Shown: piece by piece, positions 11,762-23,700 of the stretch | Layout: each line of letters begins with the position of its first letter | How positions within the stretch are numbered: the stretch's first letter is position 1 | From: Chlorokybus atmophyticus | Lineage: Eukaryota > Plantae > Mesostigma and Chlorokybus algae | Direction: 5' to 3' | DNA: 48,078 nt | Assembly: GCA_009103225.1 (NCBI GenBank) | Contig: RHPI01001292.1 | Location: 417,633-465,710, forward strand | Notes under the pieces: model-generated | Database searches by the model: none | Told to the model about the DNA's origin: nothing | Seen by the model: the letters and a program-made list of their open reading frames with translations, nothing else | Made by a program: the position numbers and the translations under genes

Positions 11762-14700
11762 TTATGGTAGCTGCTCTTGAGCAGCAAAGGGAATGGAGAA
11801 GCATAGCGTATCAGCCTGATACATGCCTTCCCCGTGTCCACCCTGCACGCACGCGAAAGCGTTGTCCTCACCCCCAAGCACGAAGCCAACATGCTGGTAG
11901 CGTGCGGGCGTGACGGGCGTGGCGAGAGCCCACACGTCGGACTCGACGTGGTACTGCCACAACTCGTCGATCTCCTGGCGGGCGTCGTTGGACCCGCCGT
12001 GCACGAGAATGTAGCCAAGGGCGGGGTGCGCGAGGGACACGTGGGCGAAGCGGCCCGCGCCAATGCCCGTGAGGAGGGCGAGTGTGTCGTCCTGCACGCG
12101 GTACGCGAAGAAGTCATCCGAGTAGGTCCCGATTGTGGTCACGCCGCCGTAGAAGTACACAGTGCTCTCGTATACGGCCGCAGAGTGGCCGAAGCGCTTG
12201 CCCGCAGGCGCGGCGTCGTCCAACATCACGGGGTTGAGGCGTGTCCACTCGTTGTTGGCGATGTCATAGGACCAGAAGTCATCGAGGATGTCACGACCGG
12301 CACGCCCACCATAAACCACCATCACGCCTTCTTCAGCCACAACCGCGGCGGCGTGGTCGAAGCGCGGGGCGGGAAGGCTGCTGTTGCCACGCTGTTGAAC
12401 AAACTCCCAGGTGCTGTTGGCAAAGCTGAAGGCCCACACGTCGCCAAACACGTACGTGCTGCGCTCCCCGCCGTACACGTACATGGTGTCTTCAAACACC
12501 ACCGCTGTGTGCGAGTAGCGTGGTGGGGGCGCGGGGCCCTGTGTGGCCACCTGCTCCCATGCGCGACCCATCCTGAACTGAACCTGCATGTCCGCCACGC
12601 TGCTGCCATTCACCCTTGCGGTGGACACCCACACAGGCTGCAGCGCAAGGTTCACCTGCACGCCAATACAACTCATGAGTCAAACTAACAAGATGAGAAG
12701 AACTGCTCGAGACAAGGACAGACACTATACAACAACACAACAACGTGTCTTACCTTAGCGACGCTGATCTCATCCCAGAAGGCGTGTGCTGGGAGGTGGT
12801 TGGGTGCATCAGCGGCGTCATCAAAGCCAGCAATGCCGGCGCTGAGGAAGACCTTGTCGATGGTGATAGCCTCGGGCTTGGTCATGACCACAACGCCATC
12901 GATAAGCAAGGTGGTGCCGGTGGAGTTGCTGCGCACCTCCAGCTGGCGCCATCCCGCTGATCGACCGGACTCAGTCGAGAGCCATGGCGAGCCTGTGGCA
13001 TACATGCTGGCCGTAGAGAGCGTGTACACGCCCACAGCGGTGCTGTAACCAGGCTTCTCACCGGGAAGCAACAAGCGCTCCCCATCGGCGGTCTCCGTGC
13101 ATATATCCCAGTCAGGGCTGATGAAGTGGGACGCCGTGCTCGAGTCCGAGTCGTAAAATTGAGCCCTCATCACAAAGCTATCCATGGGCTCGATGGTGGC
13201 CTCAAGTGCTCCCGCCTCGCCGTGCTTGGCGTAAAGGCTGAACTCACCCGTGCGAGGAAGCTCTTCGCTCACCATGAAGTTGTCACCCGAGGCGGGGTTA
13301 ACACCACACGGAGCTGCGGGAACCAACGCGCCGGTGTCACCGGCCTCGAAGCCCTCATAGAAGGCGAACACGGCCTCAGGTGTTGTGGGGTTGCTCATGT
13401 GCGGGTTGCCATAGTACATGTGGAGCTCGGCGTCGTCCGTGGCGTCCATCATGGGGATGGCCACCCAGTAGACTGTGTCGGAGGAGCCGCACGTCCATGG
13501 GTCCACATAGTACGCGAGGGTTGTGGACACGCCGTCGATCTTGAAGGCAACATCCATGCAGTCTTGCGCCATGACACGCTTCGACACCATGTCAGACGTG
13601 TCAATGTGGATCTCCAGTGTGGCATCGGCCATAAGGTTCTCAGACACTGCAGCAATTGGCAAACACGATTAGCAGTGAGTCCACACAAACAGCACAGCAA
13701 GTAAGTCAAATGAGGCGTTTACTCACCCTGGAAGGCAATTGTCTTCTTGTAGTAGAGGGTGTCATCTGCAACAGATGAGCCGGGCAGCATCCACATATCA
13801 TTGAGGTATGACTTGTCGTACGCAGCTCCGCCGAACACGTACACGGCGTCGGTATACACAACGGCGCTGTGCTCGAAGCGCTTGAGGGCCATGGGGAGCT
13901 CCCCGGCGTCATCAGTGGCAACCTCAGCCCAGTCCGCCTCGATCACGTGCAGGTCCTCGTTGGGGGCAGGCACGCTCACGGCGTCTGTGGCAGCGTGGAA
14001 GGTCATCGTCATGGGGCCGGTGGTGGGTGCCACCAGCGTGAAGCGGTACATGCCGTGGCCGATGGACATGACCTCGCTGCTGCTGTTGTTGGACAAAGAC
14101 ACAACAAGGCCGCTGGACACGTCACGGTCATCGATCACGTTGCCCTGTGCAAAAGATACACATTGGTAAAGAGCGGATGCACATCTTGAAGCAATATATC
14201 AGCATAACATTGAATCAACATCAACATGTGACATGCATACCGCAGCGTCCTTGGCGATGATGTCAATCGTGAAAGGGATGCCAGCAGTGGGTTGAGGGAT
14301 GTCACCCACAAGCTCCCACATGGCGAGATCTCCCGCGGCGATGTTAAGGACGAAGGGCTCCATGTTGAGGGGCTGGTCACCTTGTGCGCCGAGGAGCACA
14401 ACATTGAGGAAGTACGTGCCGGTGGTGCTGATGTCATAACCTGCGCGCCACACATCTCCTGGGCACGGGGGCTCGAAGGCATGGTCTGTCACGTACAGGC
14501 CCTCAGGGAGGTCTAGACCAAGGAGGGAGCGGCGCTTATCAGTGTTGTTGGAAACGCTGCCATAGCACGCGTCCTGGTCGGGGCAGACAACAGCGGGGGC
14601 ATGTTGGACAGCGGGTTGCTTGTCGAGCAGCGGGTACTCCACGCTGCCGTGCTCGTCAGAGAAGTACTGAACAGAGAACTGCTCGGTGGTGATGGCGAAG

Positions 14701-17700
14701 CGAGCATCGCGGCCGAGATAGCAGTACTTGCAATCGTCCTTAGCCTGAATTATGACGGTCTGCTCAAAGTCGCTGCCGGCACGCGCATGCATGAGGCCGC
14801 TGCCGCGCACGACACTGTACTTGGCGCTGGCAACACCCACACCAACCTCAGGGAACGCAAGCTCCACGGGGCTGTCGGCCATCCACTCAGGGGCGACGGG
14901 GGCGTTCTGCGGGTTGAGCGTGCCCTCAAGGCAGGTCTTGGTGTAGTCACCGACCCAACAATCGGAAGCGTAGCCCTTAGCCACCTCCCCGGCACCCTCG
15001 TTTAAGCTCCAGTAAGCAGCGATCTTGTCCAGCTCCATGTATGGCGGGCAGTGCATCGTGTCGGCGATCTCCTCGGCCGTGCGGGCAACCTTCCACAGTT
15101 TCACCTCATCGATGTAACCGGTGAAGCCCAGGCCGATGTTGAGAGGGGCATGCAGGTTGTTGCGAGCCACACGCCTGGCGGTGTCAAAGGTCATGTCCGC
15201 AGCCTGCGCGCCGTTGATGTAGAGCGTGAATGTGGTCTGGTTGTACACAGCGGCCACGTGGGTCCACTCGTTGGTGTTGGTGTAGTCCACGGTGATGGTG
15301 CGCCACTCGCCGTTGCCAACATACACATTGGCGATGAGCTCGGTGAAGTCAGCGTTGAACTTGAGGTCGTAGCTCTTCGAATCCGAGGCAACGTTGTCAT
15401 GGCTCTTCTTGTCCAGCACGTAGTGGAAGGCATGCGTGGCAGCTTGTGCCTGTAGCAGCTTGCGACCGCCAGCCTCTGGTGGAGGAGGAGCTGTTGCACA
15501 TACAGACACAAACACGAAGTCAATACGTCACACAAACACAGTTGCACACGACACAATATAGACACACAGCAAGGCAAGAGTGGAACCTGGCGTGGGAGGG
15601 GGAGGTGAGGGTGGAGGGGGGCTGGGAGAGGGTGGAGGGGGGCTAGGTGGTGGAGGTGAGGGTGAGGGCGGGGGTGGGGAGTTTGGCGGCGGGGGAGGTG
15701 GTGAGGGTGTGATGATGGCCTCGGGCTTCACCCAAGCTTCCATGGTGAGACCGTGCGTCGTAAGGCCAAGCTGGCGGGCATCAGGGACCTCCACGCTGCT
15801 CTGGCCGTTGAAGTACAGAGAGCTGCCGGCGGCAACCTCCACGCACACGTCCCTGAGGAACGGCTGCGGGCCGCTCGTGGTGTTAATGGTGCCCGTGAGC
15901 ACATACTTGCCCATCACCTGAGGTGTGTACGTCACGAGGTACTGGCCGTTCTGCATGTCCTCCACCTCCGCGAGGATGTCGTGGGGGCCCGTGAGAGACA
16001 CGAACACGCCATCACCGCCTATGGTCCTCGGGCAACCGGCGGCGTCGCGGGCCTGCACTGTGAATGTGGTCTTCACGCCAGCGGCGTTGGCAACACCGAA
16101 GGCGTCGGCGGGGTCGGAAGTGGTTGTGTCGGGGTCCGCAGCGCCGGGGATGATGGGGGTGACAAAGGTGCCTGCGCACTGGTCACCAAGTGCGACGGTA
16201 ACATTCCAACCGGTACACGCGTTGGGCAGCGGGCTGATGTACACGCCATAGGTGCCGTCCTGGCTGTCGTAGATGCCGGCAGCTGTGGCAATGTTGTCAG
16301 AGCCCGCGAGCGTGGCGATTACGGAGAAGTCCTCTCCGCCATTGAGCCGCCGCGCGTAGCACTTGGTTCGGGCAGTAATGGTAAAGAGAGCAAAGGTGCC
16401 TGACTCTACAGAGATCAAGGCGGGACCAACCAGCTCGGTGGCCGCAGCAAAGGTGAGGTCATCATATGAAGCGTTGGCCCACAGGTTGCCATTGCTCATG
16501 ATGAGTGGTGCGATGTCAGCGCTGTAGAATGCAGGGAAGTCCCCAACACTGGGTCCGTCACCCTCGGTCATGGCCCAATAGTGGGTCATGTAGTCTGAGC
16601 GCATGGGGGAGGTGGGGCTGCTCTCGGGTGTGGCCCACCCAAAGTGGCTGATCCTGCCGGGGCACCGCACGCGCTCCTTCATCAAGAAAGCGGGCGTAAA
16701 GCCGGCGCTGGCAAGGCCGTCAGGCATGAAGCCTGCAGGGAGATCAGACATGTCCACATCGTGCTCATCTCCGCGCAGAGCCTCGTCCGTGATGCCAACA
16801 CCCGTGATGAGGCCGTTGAATCGTTTTGTCTCCTCGGGTGAGCCTTCAGGGAATTCCTGGCCAATGAGGAGGGGAGCGTCCGAGAATACAATGGCGCGGG
16901 CCTCGTCCATGATCATCTGCTTATCCTTGAGGATGCCATCGACGTAGAAGAAGAAGGTGGCCCCATCGGGGGTGAAGATATACGAGGCTGCGATGTGCTG
17001 CCACATGCCTTCCAACACGGTTGCACGCCACGACGCAACCTCTCGGTACACCTCGCATGGCTGGCAATCGCAGTCAGTGTACACCGCCAGGTAGACGCGG
17101 TCATCGTGGATGCCGAAAGCCACTGAGGAGTGACCATCTACAAGCACACGCACAAGAGTTAGTGGTTGGGGAACTTAAGCCACACATCCATTGCGCAGCT
17201 ACACAGTTAAGCGGGTACTCACCGGCAAGAGGCTTGGCGAGGATGGCCTGAGGGCCAGCAGTGGAGTAGGGATAGATCCATGCCTCAACAGTGAAGCTCT
17301 CTGTGGGGAAGGATGCCTCGGAGGAGACAGTCACGCTGGGGTCAAGGGTGAAGTCGATGGCGTACTGGTTGGTATAGTACTGCGCTTGGATCTCAATATC
17401 GTTGAGGGCGCGAGAGTAGATGCGCAACTCGTCCATGCGGATGTTCAGCCCTTGCAACACCACGCCTCCCAGGTAGAGAGCCTGCATGCCAGAGTTGGTG
17501 AAGGGCACGAAGGATGCGTTCCCTGCCATCATGCCGTTGATGTACACCATCTCGCCGTCCATTGCGGACACCGTGCGCGTGACCATCTGGTATTTGCCAG
17601 CCACAACGCCCAAAGATGCCAGGTTCTGCGCAGCACCCATCTGCAAGCAACAGTCACCTGAGGTTCCATCCGTGTTGTACCAAGAATGCACGCTGTGTGA

Positions 17701-20700
17701 GCAACAAGAGAATGGGTGCTTACCATCTGGTCGTACTCAATCGACATCCACATGGAGATTGTGTAATCGCCCTCAAGGTAGTCCATGGGGGTGGGGAAGG
17801 TCATGTTGGCATCACCGGTCTGAGGGCCCATAATGATGGCGCCGTTGTCGATGGCGTTGCGGTCCTTTGTGAAGAACGACAGCGCATCGTTGTCGCCGAT
17901 GACGTATGCGGCGTGCCTTTCGTTGCCGGACACATCCACAATGGTGATCACTCCGTCGGTGGCCAGGGCGTCAGCGTTCAGGTTGAACGTGTAGTGGGCT
18001 TCAAGGCCTGAGCTCAGCCCGGGCTTGACCATGTACTCCACTCCAGACGCACCCAACTCGGTGGAGCCGGTGAGCACCATCACAGAGCTGACAGGGCCGG
18101 CCGGGAGGGGAGGCTGCGTGAGCTCCACGCGACGGCCGTCGTGGGTGATGGCATCAATAGGGATTATGTGGAAGCTGCTGGTGTCGTTTTGGGTGATGTC
18201 TCCAAACACGGCGGTCAACCACTTGCTGGGAGCGAAGTTGGTGCCCATGAGCTCGACGGTGTTTCCGTCCTTGGTACCCTCAACAACTCCAGATGTGAAG
18301 ATATAAGCAGGCTCCCACGCACCCGTCGACTGCACAGTGTGTGCATCCATGACTTCCAAGTCAGCGGGCATGCTGGCGGAAGAGGTAGTCTTGCCATCCT
18401 CAGAGACTTGAGAGAATTTGTAGTATGCAACAAGGTCAGCCTCGTCGCCCTTGAGTGCGGCGAATGTGTACATGGCCACCTCGTCCGCATTTAGGCTCCT
18501 GTTGAACACCTTCACCTCGTCCACCATGCCCTTGAAGAACTCTCCGGGCGTGGCGGGGTCCATGCTCTTGTAGTCCTGGCACACGCTGAAGGTGCCCGCC
18601 ACATCGGGAGCGCACACTGTGGTGAAGCGGCCCGCAAGCTCGTTGTCAACATAGAACCTGCCCTCACCGGAGCCGTCCACGGTGACGAACACGCTGTGCC
18701 ACTGCTCGGGGGCAGCTGTTGCGCCAGTCTGTAACACATCCCAACATGATCAGCACATGCGTGTTTTAAAGATGCTGCATGATATCACTGGAGAACAGAC
18801 GAACAGACGAACCTGAATGACATCCAGGATGCAGTCATCGTAATAGAAGAAGCGCTGGCCGTCGTACATGATGAGAGCGGAGTTCTGCTTGCCGGTGGCC
18901 GACTCGAATGAGAGCACACTGGTCGCATGAACCTCATCAGGCAGAATGGGTCGCTTGAAGCCGAGCTTGTCACCCTACCACAAAGACACATAAACATCAG
19001 CACACTGGGTGCATATGTGTACATGTGTTGGGAGGGGTTCCCTGAGGATAAGCACTCACCAGCATGGAGCGTGCGCGTGTGTTAGCTGCGGGCTGCAACT
19101 CGGGCATGGCGTGCGGGAGAACCCACGCGCCCACAGAGTAGCCGTCAGTGCCGTTCAAAAGGGCATTGACCTCAGCGTTGGCCGCGGTGGCGTAAGAGCC
19201 CACACCGTCGCAGTCCAATGCAGCCTCCGTGACCTCCCATGGCACGCCGTATGCGAACAGAGGGTTGCTGATGAAGAACTCAGAGGGGCGGGGGTTGGGG
19301 AACGCTGCCGCGGGGCAGCTGAGAGTGCGGTCATCAATGCGGGTTGGCATGGACTTCCCGCGCGTGTCGCCGATGTACGTTGCCAAGGCGTCGCGCTGGC
19401 ACACACGCCTCTTTGAGATGGACCCAATCAAGCTTGTGGAGGCAGCATCACCCACGGCTGAGGCATCAATGCAACCCTCGGGATACCAGTCACCAAGCAT
19501 GCTGCTGGCATTTTGCTGCACGTTGCAAGTTGCAGTCAGTAAAGTGATTGTGTTGTTGTGTAGAAGTGCAAGAAGTGTGGTAGGTGACTCAGTCTACACA
19601 CCTCGCATGTAGTCCAGTCCTGGTATTGCACCGACCAGCCCCAGCCGCAGTTGAGCCACTGAGAGGGTGCAAAGTTGAAGCCGATGACCGACACCTCTTC
19701 ACCACCGCCCATTGAGCTCCGAGGCATGTCAAAGTCGGGAGTTTTCTCCTGAAAGCAGTAGCAGCATCAGCAATGTGTGTGCATCATTGCTGAAGATGTG
19801 CACATGCGCCTCAGTGTATGCGCGTTTGCGTGCATGTGTGCTCTTGTCATCTTACCAGCACATCCTGGCCATTGATGACATAAGTCCAAGTTGGTTGCCA
19901 GGGCACAGCGTAGAATTCGTATGTGGGGTCGGCGGCAAGGGAGGTGGCAGAGGCGATGCCGGCAGGGGCGTAGTCCTTGAGGCTGTTGGTGAAGCGCATG
20001 TGCGCTACGAGCGTGTATCGCGTGTGGTCCCACCGTGGTGATAACGGGTGATCAAACATGGTCTCAACGAGGTCGCCACTGGACAACATGCCGTTAAACA
20101 CTCGCAACTCGTCCATCAGACCCGTGAAGTTGCCGGTTGTCACCTTGACAACCACTGCAGAACGCACGATACAACATTTGAGTAACCAGTTGTTGTTCTC
20201 AAATGTGATACAAAGGAAGAGACATTGCATGTGTGCTCACAGTTAAAGGTGCTTGGAATGACTTCAGAGGTTTGCACTCCTTGCGAGTAGACAGCAATGC
20301 CATCAACATAAAACACAAAGTCGGTGTTGTGGATGGCGAGCGCAACGAAATGCCACTCGTTGGCAGCGTTGATGGTCTCGCTGCCACCTTGCGGGCTGCA
20401 CAACCACCAACAACACGCATGAGATACATACATACATCAGTGCCGCACACAGCATGAGAGGCGTAACAGACGTTGTTACCTGTCCTGGCCGGGAGTGGCG
20501 AAGACAAACATGCCATATTGGTAGGAGATGGTTCGTGTCAAGCCGATGCCGCCTGAGATGGTGAACAGCAGCTGGTTGTCGTTGTCATTGTTGGGAAGGA
20601 CCCACGCAGTAAAGGTGAGAGCGCGTTCAGTAGCGGCGTGAATCTGGCCACCTGCTGGAATTGTGAGCTCAATGGTTTCCGCGCCCGTGAGACGCACGAC

Positions 20701-23700
20701 CTTCTCCATGAAGATGTCGGTGGGGGCCGCGTTGACCACCATCCCGTCGTTGGAGATGGACAGACCCGCGAGCTCATTGGCGAAAGGCACGATGGGGCTC
20801 TCCTCGCAGGTGGCTGAGGCGAAGCCGGAGGTGTATACGTATGTGTCCTGGCGCTCGGTGTTGGGGTTGCTACGGAAGAAGCCAGCAGCCGCAATCGCGG
20901 TGACCACATCATCGAGCGTGAGGACATTGCCGTTGGCATCAGCGACCTGTGCGGAAGCAAGGCCACCAAGGGTGCTGTCGGTCCAGTGGAATGGCTGGTT
21001 CAGGCTCATGTACTGCAGCACGGGGTCGTGGAAGTAGTCATCGTAGAAGCGTGGGAACTCGTTGGTGGCGCGAGCCTGGTATGGCATTGCTATGGTGCTT
21101 GAGTCTGATGCGGATATGGCGCAGGACAGGAACGGGCTGCGTGCGATACCCACGGCTTTGATGGATGCTGTGTTGGGCTCATTGACGTGATACATGTTCT
21201 TCCCATCTGGCGCGGTCAGCGTGGGGGGCATGAAGGGCGCAGGCGTGTAAGCATACTTGGCATGCGTTGGGAAAGAGGTCCCTGCGAGGGAGAGCCAGTG
21301 GTGTTATTCAGACTCAATAGTGCCTTGTGTGAGCAACAAGGCTCTAATCATAGGCTACCACTTACCGCTGAAGTAAATCCTGTCGTTGTCCACATCGGTG
21401 GTGGCGGTGACATTCTTGGCCCAGTTGCGCATGCCAGCAGTGTAGCCGGCCTTGTCGGTGACATACCCAAGGATGGCAGGGAGGTTGGCTGGGTAGTCAG
21501 AAGCGCGGTCAAAGGTGGGATCCTCCATCTGCAGCGACCGACATGTAAGGTTGTTATCTCCAGGGTGACCCTACAAACTGATGTACAACATGGCAGAACA
21601 AACTACCTGCAGCAGGCTGCGGCGGCGGCCTCCAGCCTCAGGTGGAGGAGGTGATGGATGGGGAGGAGGAGGGCGGGGAGGCGGGGGGCTCGGCCTCGGG
21701 GGAGGTGGGGGGCTGGGAGTCGTCACAGCTGCAAGTGTACATGTAAGTCAGCATGTTGTTAGCTGGTAGTTTGTTGGTACCGATCACACAACAAGGAAGC
21801 ATCATGCGGCACTGACCTGGAATGCCCTCCTGGCAGGGGTTGTTGAAGCGGGCCCACAGGACGCGGCCGGCAGTGTAGTCAAGCTGAGTGCCGCGGGAGG
21901 CCTCAAGCTCGCGTGATGGTAAAAACAGTGGCATCCTGAACATGATCTCTTGGATCTCAGGCGTAGCCACGAAGCGGTTGTACACAAGGACCTCATCGAT
22001 GAACCCGTCGAAGCCCACAAATTCAAGACTGGGGCACGCCAAACCGATCTTGAAACTGCAGCAGCTGTCCTCGACGGAGTTGTCGGCCTCGGCGTAGCCA
22101 CTTGGCGGCAGCGGGATCATGGGCGTGCATATAGGTGCCGGGGGCGGGGNNNNNNNNNNNNNNNNNNNNNNNNNNNNNNNNNNNNNNNNNNNNNNNNNNN
22201 NNNNNNNNNNNNNNNNNNNNNNNNNNNNNNNNNNNNNNNNNNNNNNNNNNNNNNNNNNNNNNNNNNNNNNNNNNNNNNNNNNNNNNNNNNNNNNNNNNNN
22301 NNNNNNNNNNNNNNNNNNNNNNNNNNNNNNNNNNNNNNNNNNNNNNNNNNNNNNNNNNNNNNNNNNNNNNNNNNNNNNNNNNNNNNNNNNNNNNNNNNNN
22401 NNNNNNNNNNNNNNNNNNNNNNNNNNNNNNNNNNNNNNNNNNNNNNNNNGGGAGGGGGGTGGGGGCGGGGGAGATGGTGAGGGTGGAGGAGGCGGGGGAG
22501 AGTATGGAGGGGGCGGGGGCGGGAAAGTCAGAAGCCTGAGAGCATGATGACAGTTAACACCCAGGCATGCGTGGGTGCCCAGGCATGGGTGTATTATCAG
22601 CACACGCTCACCTTCGGCCACCGGCTTCAGGCGGGGGCGGTGATGGCGCGGGAGGGGGTGGGGAGCTGGGTGGCCTGTTGAGGCACATGTTGGGGTACAT
22701 CTCCGTGGAGAACTCAGCAACCACTTGTCCGTCAACTGAGTGTCACAAAACGGCATTAGAGACATTGCTTGTAGGGCACTAGGACACATACAAATATAGT
22801 TGGCACTCACCGTTGAGAGCGCCAGTGCCATCCTCCTCAATGGAGACCATGGCGTGGTGCCACATGTAAGACTCATATGTGCAGTTGGACCAGAAGCGGT
22901 CGGTGCCATCGTAGACACCAAAGCGGTGCTCAGAATTGTGCCAGAGCAGGACAAGCTTGCACTCGAAGCGGATGAGGACCTGCTCCTGGGCGGGCTCGCG
23001 CTCCTTGATGGCCAGCTGTATGCAGTAGAAGGGCGTGGCGGTGATGAGGTAGTTGTCAAAGGCGTAGAAGCAGACCTGCGCGAGGGAGGGGCGGTTATCC
23101 ACGTCGGGTGCGTCGGGGCCCCAGTGGAAGTCCCGGCTGCCCTTCTGGCCCAGCCCGCTGCTGCTCACACCCATGTCCGTGAAGGGCGCAAGGATGGCCC
23201 CATCGGGCAGGCCCGTGGTCTGGATGGACAAGTCCGTGCACGCATCGGTGTCCTCAGCAATGACCGTGAAGTCGAAGCTCTCACCGCGATATTTGGTGAT
23301 ACGGGGCACATTGTACTCGTTGAGGCCGAGGGCCGCTATCCACTTCTCCACGCCGGGGTTCTTGTTGGCATCGTTGGTCACGATGAAGAGGGGCAGCTCG
23401 TTGTCCTTGCAGGCGGAGGGGATAGGGACAACCTGGCCGTTCTCGCTGGTGCCACAGTCAAACTCACGCCCGCTTGACTCAGGAGGCGGGTCACAGAAGG
23501 TGTAGTTGTTGGCGCCCATTCCACAAATTGTGCATTTCTGCTGGCCGTAGATGCCGTCACTGTCGGCAAAGGTTATAATGCCCGCCACGTTGGTGATGCA
23601 GTTGCCCCCGCAGAAGTGCAGGTTGCCCGGGTACAGGTAGAGCATGAAGTCGAGGGGCACCTTCACCTTGTCATCGTCCACCATCACCACCATGTTGTAC

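Noticed and set aside
11834-12688. 284-aa plus-strand ORF and similar plus-strand ORFs across 13100-24300
   Set aside because: Antisense shadows caused by GC3-rich codon usage of the giant minus-strand gene.
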